From positions 124,001 through 188,000 of IMG/VR virus record IMGVR_UViG_3300046536_000256: a stretch of 64,000 nt of DNA; one strand, 5' to 3'. Under the pieces are notes generated by a model. The model saw nothing but the letters and a program-made list of their open reading frames with translations. It was not told the origin of the DNA and made no database searches. The position numbers and the translations under genes were made by a program. How positions within the stretch are numbered: the first letter of the stretch is position 1; the number at the start of each line of letters is the position of its first letter. Shown here one piece after another: positions 46,190 through 54,640 of this stretch.

Positions 46190-47353
46190 TTACGCTTCGC
46201 TGGCTTCGGTGGTTACCAGGTGTTGCTTGGTGTTGACTTCGATGGTCTCGCCATCATGCTTGGTGACACTGAGGTCGACCGTGAAGTAATGACCTTCCTG
46301 ATCTTGACCGGCCAACGGTGTTACTTCGACACGGAATTTGTCGGTGATAAAGGCGCCCAGCTTTTCGTTGATCAGGTCAACGGTCAGCTTCTCGGTCGCC
46401 TTCGCAGCTTCCGCAATGGAAATACTGGTGTCGGCGGTTACCGAATCCCAAGCCGCTTTGGCGATTTCTTCCAACTGGGTACGGATATGGATATCGACGG
46501 TGGTGGTCGCGATAACCGGTTCTTCCGGAACTTCGCGAGTGGTACCGTCGACGTTGTGGAAGGTGGACAGGATGTAAGCTTCCAGCGCCTTGATCTGGCC
46601 AACAATCATCTGCGACCACGGCTCGAACGGTGTTTCCGGATTGCTGAACATTGGATCGTTCAGCAGATCGTCAACGCTAGCCCAGGCCACGGCGTCGTTC
46701 TGTGGTTCGCGCATTTCGAACGACGCCACTTCGTTGGAAGCGTCCAGAGCGTAGACCACGCCGAAGTGAATGTTACCGACATAATCAGGTTCAGGACTGC
46801 TGTCCATGACGAAACCGACTTTCTGGAAACCAACAGTGTTGGCAGCGCCGACGATGCCAGCGGTCAGGTCGAGACCGTCACGAGTTGCCAGCAGGACTTC
46901 TTCGATGTATTCGCGGATGTACGAATCGTCGATGGTTTCCAACATGTCGATGGCCGACGTTGGGATCAGCTCGTCGTTGTCGTGAATGGTGTGATAAGAA
47001 ACGTCATCACCTTCGATGTGACCACCAGCGCCCAGGGACAGTTTGGAAGACAACCGGCCTTCGCCATTGGTCTTGTTACGTTTGTAAACCGCGAACAACA
47101 GACGCAGACGGCATTCGTCGGTGGTTTCAACCTTGTAGGTCAGGCCGTAAGCAATGGCCTGGCGCAGCAGTTGCAGCTTGTGGTTGAGCGCACGCACCGA
47201 ACCCATGACACCTTGGTCCAGGTGTTTCAAAGCAGAGATCAGTACTCCCTGGTCCAACATGGTGAAAGCATTGTCGGGAGCAACTTCAGCCAATACGTCC
47301 TTGTGAACGCCGTAGGTGAATTCGGAGTTTTTGGCGAGAGCTTTAACGAGCAT
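46190..47353 (-). CDS. NUDIX-family phosphoesterase with an acidic C-terminal extension
   Basis: GEGRL..KLSLGAGGHIE, REYIEEV, VGNIHFGVVY and EPWSQ motifs. Terminator-like hairpin at about 46151-46178. Confidence 0.8.
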   Translation of the reverse strand: MLVKALAKNSEFTYGVHKDVLAEVAPDNAFTMLDQGVLISALKHLDQGVMGSVRALNHKLQLLRQAIAYGLTYKVETTDECRLRLLFAVYKRNKTNGEGRLSSKLSLGAGGHIEGDDVSYHTIHDNDELIPTSAIDMLETIDDSYIREYIEEVLLATRDGLDLTAGIVGAANTVGFQKVGFVMDSSPEPDYVGNIHFGVVYALDASNEVASFEMREPQNDAVAWASVDDLLNDPMFSNPETPFEPWSQMIVGQIKALEAYILSTFHNVDGTTREVPEEPVIATTTVDIHIRTQLEEIAKAAWDSVTADTSISIAEAAKATEKLTVDLINEKLGAFITDKFRVEVTPLAGQDQEGHYFTVDLSVTKHDGETIEVNTKQHLVTTEASEA

Positions 47354-47366
47354 GAGGATTCCTTAG

Positions 47367-48443
47367 TTAGCGGGTTTGATTAAGTTGTTTGATTTTGTGC
47401 TGGCCGTAGTTGTGGGCTTCTTCCCACTCCATCGGATGACTGTAACGTATATGAATAACATACCCTAGTGATAAATGTCCTGAAGACGTTTGGATATCGG
47501 CAGGAACATCTTCGCGTTCAGCCTGACTGCGATACTTTTCGGCCTTCAGTTGGACTATCAATTCCTGGCGCAACAAAACGGCAGAACCGTCTCGGACCGC
47601 ATAGTAACCAGGTTGTTGATATTTCCAGGTAATCCAAGGGTTATCCACGTAGTTCTCTTGGTCTGGGCCGAAGGGACTTGGTTCATCTTTGTCCGGGATA
47701 TAACGACCTGGGTCAGCGAGGGTTGACTGCATTGTGTTGCCCATGACCAACCTGTCTTCGGTGTCGATGACGTTGGGCATCAACTTCGCATGATGAGGGT
47801 AGATCTGTTCCAGTTCTTGTGCCGATCGCTTGGAATCAATCATGAACTCTTCAGGCGACATCTCCTGCAACTGAATAAGCCGCTGAAGATACTCGGTGTA
47901 TTTCTTATCGTCAGCAAAGGTCATGCGAAGCTTCACTTCCAGAGAGCGAACATAATCGTCCTCTGTCAGACTGGCGCGTAGCTTACCGAACGGACTTGGT
48001 TCACCCTCTCGCAGTTTGTTAAGAGTAGCGCTCAGGCTGATACGACGCAGCGCACGACCGATCAAACCACCCTTCCCTTCTGTAAGTTCACGAGCGGTAA
48101 GTAGGTTACCTTCGCCATCGGTAACAACCTGACTACCTTGGTGTTCAATGAGCTCACGGAGAACCCTTTCAACAAAGTCAGTGTCGTAATCGCTGGCCAT
48201 ACCGGTCCACACCACCGAACCAGAACGCAGGTGACAGATGCGAGTGAAGCCATTACCGCCACCCATCATGCCGGGAAGGATGCGGGACAGGTCACCACCA
48301 TTCTCACAGATGGAGATCAGCTGAGTGGTCTTGTCGAAGAATACGGCATACTTCTTATCGGCTGTAACGAAGGGTGGGTAGTGGAATTCAAACAAACCCA
48401 GTTTATTCAGCTTAAGCAACAAGTCACGAACTTGACTGTACAT
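47367..48443 (-). CDS. Hypothetical protein
   Basis: Start reassigned to ATG 48443 because the longer ORF runs through a terminator. Confidence 0.72.
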   Translation of the reverse strand: MYSQVRDLLLKLNKLGLFEFHYPPFVTADKKYAVFFDKTTQLISICENGGDLSRILPGMMGGGNGFTRICHLRSGSVVWTGMASDYDTDFVERVLRELIEHQGSQVVTDGEGNLLTARELTEGKGGLIGRALRRISLSATLNKLREGEPSPFGKLRASLTEDDYVRSLEVKLRMTFADDKKYTEYLQRLIQLQEMSPEEFMIDSKRSAQELEQIYPHHAKLMPNVIDTEDRLVMGNTMQSTLADPGRYIPDKDEPSPFGPDQENYVDNPWITWKYQQPGYYAVRDGSAVLLRQELIVQLKAEKYRSQAEREDVPADIQTSSGHLSLGYVIHIRYSHPMEWEEAHNYGQHKIKQLNQTR

Positions 48444-48476
48444 AAAGTTTCCAACGAAAAATAAAGAAGGCAAACA

Positions 48477-48504
48477 TATGGCTAGGGGAATGCCCCTAGC
48501 CATA
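48477..48504 (-). terminator. Terminator
   Basis: TATGGCTAGGGG-AATG-CCCCTAGCCATA. Confidence 0.78.
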
Positions 48505-48518
48505 CTTGCGGATGCCGA

Positions 48519-48959
48519 TTAACCGAAGAGCTTAGCGGCCAGCTCGTGGTTAGCCTGACGCTGGGTATCCAGCCAGGTTGCCGCTTCGCTGCTGTGAACG
48601 TAGTTCACAGCAGTGGTAGAGTGACCGAACAGGAATTCATCACCGACTTGTTGACGCAGGTGATGCTGGGTGTTCACGGAGAACGGGCCGAAGGCGAGAG
48701 TGCCGTCGAGGGTGGTGAGTTTGTCGTTTTCAGCGAACTGGGTACGGGCGATTTCAGCAGTAGCTTGTTCGGCCACAGCGCTGAGGTCATTGATCCAGTT
48801 AACGTGCTGAGCGACGGATTCGGTGGTGATGCCTTCTGGCAGTTCCAGCTTTTCGGCGTCGAAGGTTACGTGGTTGGTAGCCTTGTCGTAGTTACCGAAT
48901 TCGACCATGCTCTTAACTTGCAGGTCCATGGATTCGCCATAAGTTTTGTTAACAGTCAT
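48519..48959 (-). CDS. Hypothetical early protein, high-expression codon bias
   Basis: 146 aa, GAGG SD. Confidence 0.8.
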   Translation of the reverse strand: MTVNKTYGESMDLQVKSMVEFGNYDKATNHVTFDAEKLELPEGITTESVAQHVNWINDLSAVAEQATAEIARTQFAENDKLTTLDGTLAFGPFSVNTQHHLRQQVGDEFLFGHSTTAVNYVHSSEAATWLDTQRQANHELAAKLFG

Positions 48960-48995
48960 AATTGCCTCTGTATCAGAAAGAAGGTGGATGAAGGA

Positions 48996-49148
48996 TTAGC
49001 GAGACGCTACTTGAACCTTGTGAAATTTACCGTGCGAAATGCGGTCCAACAAACGTTCGCTTGCAAGCTGTTGGCTGACAGCGGAACCGTTAGAGAAAAC
49101 GATGCCGTGCTTATCAACCAGTACAAACAACTTCTTGAATTCGGACAT
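48996..49148 (-). CDS. Small hypothetical early protein (50 aa)
   Basis: MSEFKKLFVLVDKHGIVFSNG...VQVASR, first ORF behind the promoter motif; weak SD. Confidence 0.55.
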   Translation of the reverse strand: MSEFKKLFVLVDKHGIVFSNGSAVSQQLASERLLDRISHGKFHKVQVASR

Positions 49149-49233
49149 TACTAGATCTCGTTATAGTGTCGTAAAGTTACAACAAAGGAATGTGTTCACT
49201 CCTCCCCAGGTATTAACCTGCGTTGTCAAGAAA

Positions 49234-49250
49234 GTAATATAGGTGTGAAA
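49234..49250 (-). promoter_or_regulatory. Early promoter motif TTTCACACCTATATTAC
   Basis: 16/17 identical to the chimallin promoter copy. Confidence 0.78.
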
Positions 49251-49295
49251 TATTCCAGCTCGAGCAACGTTAATTACTCGAGCTGGGGTTGGGGT

Positions 49296-50309
49296 TTACA
49301 GCTGTGCTTCTTCCAGCGTTTGGATCGACTCGGCGTAGTTGTACACCGAGGCCACTTGCTTCACACTGAACGTGCGGCCGGCGTCGTGCATCTTCTTCGC
49401 GAACACCACCAGCCAGTCTTTGAACTCACTGGTGTAGTCGATGTCTTTCGGCAACACGACGTTCATGCCGTTGTAGTGCTGCGCGCAGACTTCGATGGTG
49501 GTCGACGGATCGGCGTCGTCAGGGTCAACCTCCAGCAGGAACGCAGAGGGGTCGACACCGGTTTCGGCTTTGGTGGCACCGGACAGTTCGGCGTAGAGCG
49601 CGGCGCTGTCGGCATGGTCTTGATTCACCTGAACCACTACGTCCAGGATATCGAACAGATCCCAGTGGTTCATGGTCACGCCTTCGAACGCTTCGAAGTA
49701 CTTGCCCGCTTGGTACAGGTGATCGATGAAGAACTTCGGCGTAAAGCCTTCGGTCTTCAGCAGGATGGACAGGTCAATGGTTTGGTCGATGTACATCAGG
49801 TGTGGCTTCTCGCCATTCACCGACAGGTCGAACTGTGCCGACAGGTAATCCATCAGCAGCTTGGCTTGGACGTCGACGTTGGTTTCAAGAGCGAACTTGA
49901 CCAGCGCGTCGTCGTAACCAATAAGGCGGGTGGCCACGAGCAAGAACAGCTCGGTGCTGGACTTGAATTCGGTTGCAGCAATACGGTTGCTGATCGCGAT
50001 GTTGGTCGGGTTTTCGCTGGCCACAGTATCTTTGGTCCAGGCTGTCAGGCGACTGCCGGTAGAGATCATGTGCAGCTTGACGACCTTGGCGATGTAAGTC
50101 TTGACCGCTTCGGACTTCTCAGGGCTGGTGAAGACACCCTTAATGAAGTGACGGTCGGTGCTTGCGTCGAAAGAACGATCCCATTCTTCTTGGCCAGTCC
50201 GGTGCAACGCTTGAATGATCTTGGCGCCATTAACAACGTCGCGCATGCGCAGAATGAATGCATTGTAATCCATCAACGTATTCATGTTGGCTTGTGGAAC
50301 TACGCTCAT
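49296..50309 (-). CDS. Hypothetical protein
   Basis: 337 aa, AGGAG SD, strong codon bias. Confidence 0.8.
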   Translation of the reverse strand: MSVVPQANMNTLMDYNAFILRMRDVVNGAKIIQALHRTGQEEWDRSFDASTDRHFIKGVFTSPEKSEAVKTYIAKVVKLHMISTGSRLTAWTKDTVASENPTNIAISNRIAATEFKSSTELFLLVATRLIGYDDALVKFALETNVDVQAKLLMDYLSAQFDLSVNGEKPHLMYIDQTIDLSILLKTEGFTPKFFIDHLYQAGKYFEAFEGVTMNHWDLFDILDVVVQVNQDHADSAALYAELSGATKAETGVDPSAFLLEVDPDDADPSTTIEVCAQHYNGMNVVLPKDIDYTSEFKDWLVVFAKKMHDAGRTFSVKQVASVYNYAESIQTLEEAQL

Positions 50310-50427
50310 CTAATTTCTCCTAGGAATGATCTCGGCCCCGTCGGGCAATAAGAAAGATACGCCGGTACATAAAAATAGCAAATAGCTAAGACCAGCAGGT
50401 TTCCCTGCCGGCCTTAGTATCACGGAT

Positions 50428-51276
50428 TTAACCGAAGATGCTCATCGAGTTGGATTGGATCAACTGAATAGGCTTGCGAACTTGCAGGCGCTTCAATTGC
50501 TCAACCATCTCGTTCACCCGGCTGAAGCTTTCCGAACCTTCGAAACGCGCCATCATGGCCACGTCTTTCATGTTCGTCTCGCACACATGGATAACTTCAT
50601 CAATGGTGGTGGAGACTTCAACAAACTGAGCCCCTTCGATTTCTTGCAGGTAGCTCTCCAGACCAGCTGTGAGGTGCTTGCAAGCACGAAGGACACCTTG
50701 TTCCACAACCATGTCGTAAGTACTGTGGTACTCGACCTCACGCACCATGTCACCCATGCGTTGCGGTTTGGTCACAGAACGAAGACTGATAGCGGCGTTG
50801 ATGTCCGGGTTGGTGAGTGCGTCCGCTGTCCAGTCTTTGTACGGACCGAATGGCGTCAGCTCTACTTCGTTGTAAACAGGAGCGCTGTCGTTACCGGTCA
50901 TGACCCAGTGGATCTTCCGGATGTGCGCACACACGTTTTGCATCTCGATCGTGCGCAAACGGTTGATCCATTGAAAGACCTCCGTGATCTGTGTACGAAC
51001 GATCTGGCCGTTGATGCGTTCCAGGAAGTACTGAGGAGGGTGCCCCAGCTCACAATACACCTGGCCTTCGCTGACGCGACGGTTCAGGTCACTATCAGGA
51101 GACATGCACTCCTTTAAGTACTGATTAAGACGGTACACAATACCGCCGCGGTTCGGGATGTTGAAACCACCAGCGTTCATCCGCCAGTAACCCGAACCAT
51201 CGCTCATCGGCTTGAGAATGCCACGCTTGCCAGTATCGCCAAGCATGATGTTCCCAAAGGTAATGACCTGACTCAT
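50428..51276 (-). CDS. Prohead maturation protease (phiKZ gp175-like)
   Basis: CELGHP catalytic His, AISLRS catalytic Ser, STYDMV..G; T4 gp21/phiKZ gp175 pattern. Confidence 0.85.
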   Translation of the reverse strand: MSQVITFGNIMLGDTGKRGILKPMSDGSGYWRMNAGGFNIPNRGGIVYRLNQYLKECMSPDSDLNRRVSEGQVYCELGHPPQYFLERINGQIVRTQITEVFQWINRLRTIEMQNVCAHIRKIHWVMTGNDSAPVYNEVELTPFGPYKDWTADALTNPDINAAISLRSVTKPQRMGDMVREVEYHSTYDMVVEQGVLRACKHLTAGLESYLQEIEGAQFVEVSTTIDEVIHVCETNMKDVAMMARFEGSESFSRVNEMVEQLKRLQVRKPIQLIQSNSMSIFG

Positions 51277-51998
51277 TTTGGAACTCCTTTGATGATCTCT
51301 TCGAGATCGGTGACTTTGGTGTCAGGGTTAACGATAGCCGCCAAGGTGTTGTCCTGAAGATACCCGCCCAACAACTTCGAGAAGGTACCGTCAATCAGCA
51401 TTGCACTGTTGTTGAGCCCCACGATCGCAGGAGGTCGTCCTTCCAGCATAGCTTTACTGTGCCGGTAAGCGATATCCAGGTTATCCGGATCGCGGAACTG
51501 CAAGCCGATCAACACCCGCATGACTTGAGGGCTGCTACCCACCTTGCCACCGCACTCGTACTGAGCATAGTCGTAAAGGGAGGTCAGGTCGTCCTTGTTC
51601 ATGTACCAAGGGATCTTGGCGTAGAGGTTGAACTCGAGGTAGTACTGGTGAGGTTTGTTGGGGTCCTGCAACACGTCCAGGTTCTCGATTAAGGTGTCAC
51701 CCTTACCGAACTCCAAGATGAGGTACTGAACCCCGTTAATGGCCGCTTCACGAATGCTGAGAGGCACCAGTGTAATGTCCATCATCGCCAAAAGGGGAGC
51801 GTAACACTCCCCCGGAATGACCAACCCCAGTACAGCCGAAGTCCAAACAGTCTCGCCCACAACCGCCATACCGTTTTCCACAAACCGTTTAGGGATATGG
51901 ATTTCCATTGGACGATTCGCAATAACCGAACCGTCGTCTAGAACTGTGTAGGCTTTGTGGATCTTGGCATCGTCTCTGACTAGATGGCTGATTTCCAT
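51273..51998 (-). CDS. Conserved virion-associated protein (phiKZ gp176 position)
   Basis: 241 aa, ATGA-coupled to the protease gene. Confidence 0.78.
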   Translation of the reverse strand: MEISHLVRDDAKIHKAYTVLDDGSVIANRPMEIHIPKRFVENGMAVVGETVWTSAVLGLVIPGECYAPLLAMMDITLVPLSIREAAINGVQYLILEFGKGDTLIENLDVLQDPNKPHQYYLEFNLYAKIPWYMNKDDLTSLYDYAQYECGGKVGSSPQVMRVLIGLQFRDPDNLDIAYRHSKAMLEGRPPAIVGLNNSAMLIDGTFSKLLGGYLQDNTLAAIVNPDTKVTDLEEIIKGVPK

Positions 51999-52003
51999 GG
52001 CAC

Positions 52004-53554
52004 TTATTTCCCGAGGGAGTGACGAACGATCAGCTTGATCAGAGCCAGGTGCAGACGCTCACGCTTGGCGGCGGTGTCTTCTTGCGTTTCAACCGAAACG
52101 TAGGTGGCTTCCACAATGTCAGCCGCCAGGTTGCAGTTAACCGCACGCAAGAAAGCGGGAACCAGACCGCCAGCCATCAAGGCTTGCAAGACCACGTTGT
52201 CGTGACCCACTTCGACGTCGATGGGACCACCGCCACCTTGACCTGCCGCAGCCAGAGCTGTCGATACAGCGTAGTACGCCTTCTCGTATTCCAAGCCGAT
52301 CTTGGCGGTGAACCACTCTTCCACCATGAACTTGCCGTCGCACAGGCTACGGACACGGTCATTCAGTTTCGGAGTTTCCAGCAGGAACTTCAGCGAACGA
52401 GCACGAGCAGCCTGGATGAACAAGGTTTTCGCCTTGGTACCCAGAGTCTGGTCGATCGACTTGTAGTAAGCACTCGCCCATTGCTTCACTACTTCCGGAG
52501 AAGCCAGTGTAGCGGCTGGGTTCAAGTCGGTCTTGTTGAACTTGGCGTAAGTAATCGCCACCAACCACTCGTTAAAGCTGATACCGTTTTGCTCCAGTGT
52601 CTCCAGCGCTTGAGCGGTGTAGAAGATCTGCACGCTGCCGCTGATGAACTTGGCGCCTTCGTAGTCCTTGGACGGGTGATCCGCCATGCGCAGAGGCTCG
52701 ATCTCACCGATGGCCACAACGCGGCTACGGTAGGCCTTCGCCACTTGCTTCAGGCTGATCAGGTAACGGGTCATACCGTTCCACAGCAGGTTAACGAACT
52801 CGCGGTAGTCAGCGAGCGAACCCGACGCCAACCACTTCACCGGGCTTTCGTCGGTAACCATTTTGGTCAGCACGACATACATCTTGAGCAGCTTGTTGAT
52901 TTCCAAGCTCTGGATGACGGAGAAGTTGAACACGTTGTTCTTGTTGGAGAACATGCGACTCAGCTCGTAGACGTCGGTTACCGTGTTGGCGGCGCGCGAC
53001 AGGTCGTACTCGTCGTTAGACAAGATCTCGACCACGTCCGGGTGAGAAGTGTTGATGTAGGTCGCGATCTCTTCCGCGCTGGCGTAGTTAAACGACAGAC
53101 GGCTCAGCACGTCCAACGAAACGTTGGTGAAGTCCAGGGCGCTGTTCTTCACTTCGGTCGGGTAGATCTGCGAGTCGAAGAACGGATCGTCAACGTTGAC
53201 GTAGCTGTACGACAAGCGGCTGAAGCACAGGTCCTGCAAGCGGTCTGAGGTGTAGAGAATGCTCAGCTCGCTGGCCAAGGCCTTAGCAAAAGGCACACCG
53301 TAGTCCTTGATCATGTCAAAGCCACCACGAATCACGGAAGCCAGTTTGTCGCTGGTGGCCTCCATGACCGGGGTGTGTGCGGTGGTTTCGCCGGTGACCT
53401 GAGGGATCTCAGTGCGGAACGCTTCGGTGTACGCGGCAGAGCCATAGCTCTGTTCGTTCAAACCGACGATCAGATCCTTAACACGGATCGGGGTGTCGGA
53501 GTTGTGAGCGACCGCGATGGATTCGGCAAGGGAAAGGCTAGAAGAACGAATCAT
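52004..53554 (-). CDS. Conserved protein (phiKZ gp177 position)
   Basis: 516 aa, strong codon bias. Confidence 0.8.
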   Translation of the reverse strand: MIRSSSLSLAESIAVAHNSDTPIRVKDLIVGLNEQSYGSAAYTEAFRTEIPQVTGETTAHTPVMEATSDKLASVIRGGFDMIKDYGVPFAKALASELSILYTSDRLQDLCFSRLSYSYVNVDDPFFDSQIYPTEVKNSALDFTNVSLDVLSRLSFNYASAEEIATYINTSHPDVVEILSNDEYDLSRAANTVTDVYELSRMFSNKNNVFNFSVIQSLEINKLLKMYVVLTKMVTDESPVKWLASGSLADYREFVNLLWNGMTRYLISLKQVAKAYRSRVVAIGEIEPLRMADHPSKDYEGAKFISGSVQIFYTAQALETLEQNGISFNEWLVAITYAKFNKTDLNPAATLASPEVVKQWASAYYKSIDQTLGTKAKTLFIQAARARSLKFLLETPKLNDRVRSLCDGKFMVEEWFTAKIGLEYEKAYYAVSTALAAAGQGGGGPIDVEVGHDNVVLQALMAGGLVPAFLRAVNCNLAADIVEATYVSVETQEDTAAKRERLHLALIKLIVRHSLGK

Positions 53555-53724
53555 GCTTTATCCCCTGTCACAACAGCATTAATAGCTTTGCTGATGGCTT
53601 CGTCTTGAATGGTCTGTTCCAATGGAGCGATGAACTCCAGGCCGACCTTGTTGATAGTGCTCTTCACGAGTTCCACCGTGTTGGCGATAGACACCGTGTC
53701 TTGAATGAAAGTTTGCTGATTCAT
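53551..53724 (-). CDS. Small hypothetical protein (57 aa)
   Basis: MNQQTFIQDTVSIANTVELVK...VVTGDKA; its TGA overlaps the ATG of the next gene (ATGA). Confidence 0.72.
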   Translation of the reverse strand: MNQQTFIQDTVSIANTVELVKSTINKVGLEFIAPLEQTIQDEAISKAINAVVTGDKA

Positions 53725-53754
53725 GGTGAACAGACCCTTTACGGAAGAATGGGA

Positions 53755-54639
53755 TTAAGCGGCGATGACACGGTTAACAGTGTCCATGCCCTGGTAATAT
53801 ACGTCGTACAGACGAGAGTTGATCTCACCCACGGTGATCTGACCGTCTTTGTCGTAGTCGAAACCACAGTTCTGACGATAGCCGGTAGTCTCGACATCTT
53901 TGCGGAAGATAACCGTGTCCGCTGTCTTACCGACGGCTGCCGGATAGAAGATGGTGAGATAGAAGTCTTCCAGTTGGGAGAAGACCTTACCGCGCTTTGC
54001 CCACAGGTCGAAGTAGGCGAAGACCCACTTGAGCTGTTCGACCTGTGGCAAGACCCGCAATGCGGCTGTGCTGGTGTTGAGATCGCCGGCGGCCATGTCG
54101 CCGAACTGGATCAGACCGAAGTACTTGGCACCTGCGCCGTTCTGAATAGTCGGGCTGAATGTACCACCCGTCTCGAAGCACATGCACGACATCAACCAGT
54201 CGACAGCAGCATCTGGCCAGCCGCGCTGTTTACAACCAGCAATGACCGCGTCCAGAAACTCCTTCGACACCTTGGTGGACCAAGCAGCCTTATAAAGAGG
54301 CAAGCGGTTCTGTTGACGATAGGACTGGCACACTTGCTGAATTGCCGCAAGAGTGCCTGCCCCGAAGACACCGTCTACTTTACCGGTGTACAAACCAGCA
54401 GCCTTCAACAGGTCCTGGAATTTCACAACAGCTTGGACCATTGCGTCACCAGGGATGGTGGAAGCCGGGATGCTAGGCAACACATTCCCGGTTTGTTGAC
54501 GATAGAACGCCGATACCAAAGAGGTAGCCGCGGTCATGCTTCCTGGACCCACTTGACCATCAATTGCGCCAGTGTAAACCCGGGTCTCTTTCATCAGCAC
54601 TTGCAAGCTGCGCAACCCGTTGAAGTTTCTGTAGTTCAT
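53755..54639 (-). CDS. Modular endolysin: peptidoglycan-binding repeats plus a lysozyme/transglycosylase-like domain (EL188-like architecture)
   Basis: Two PGBD motifs (YTGAIDGQVGPGS, YTGKVDGVFGAGT), catalytic-type CFETGGTFSP and GLIQF. Start ATG 54639 with GAGGT SD; no signal peptide. Confidence 0.88.
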   Translation of the reverse strand: MNYRNFNGLRSLQVLMKETRVYTGAIDGQVGPGSMTAATSLVSAFYRQQTGNVLPSIPASTIPGDAMVQAVVKFQDLLKAAGLYTGKVDGVFGAGTLAAIQQVCQSYRQQNRLPLYKAAWSTKVSKEFLDAVIAGCKQRGWPDAAVDWLMSCMCFETGGTFSPTIQNGAGAKYFGLIQFGDMAAGDLNTSTAALRVLPQVEQLKWVFAYFDLWAKRGKVFSQLEDFYLTIFYPAAVGKTADTVIFRKDVETTGYRQNCGFDYDKDGQITVGEINSRLYDVYYQGMDTVNRVIAA

Positions 54640-54640
54640 T

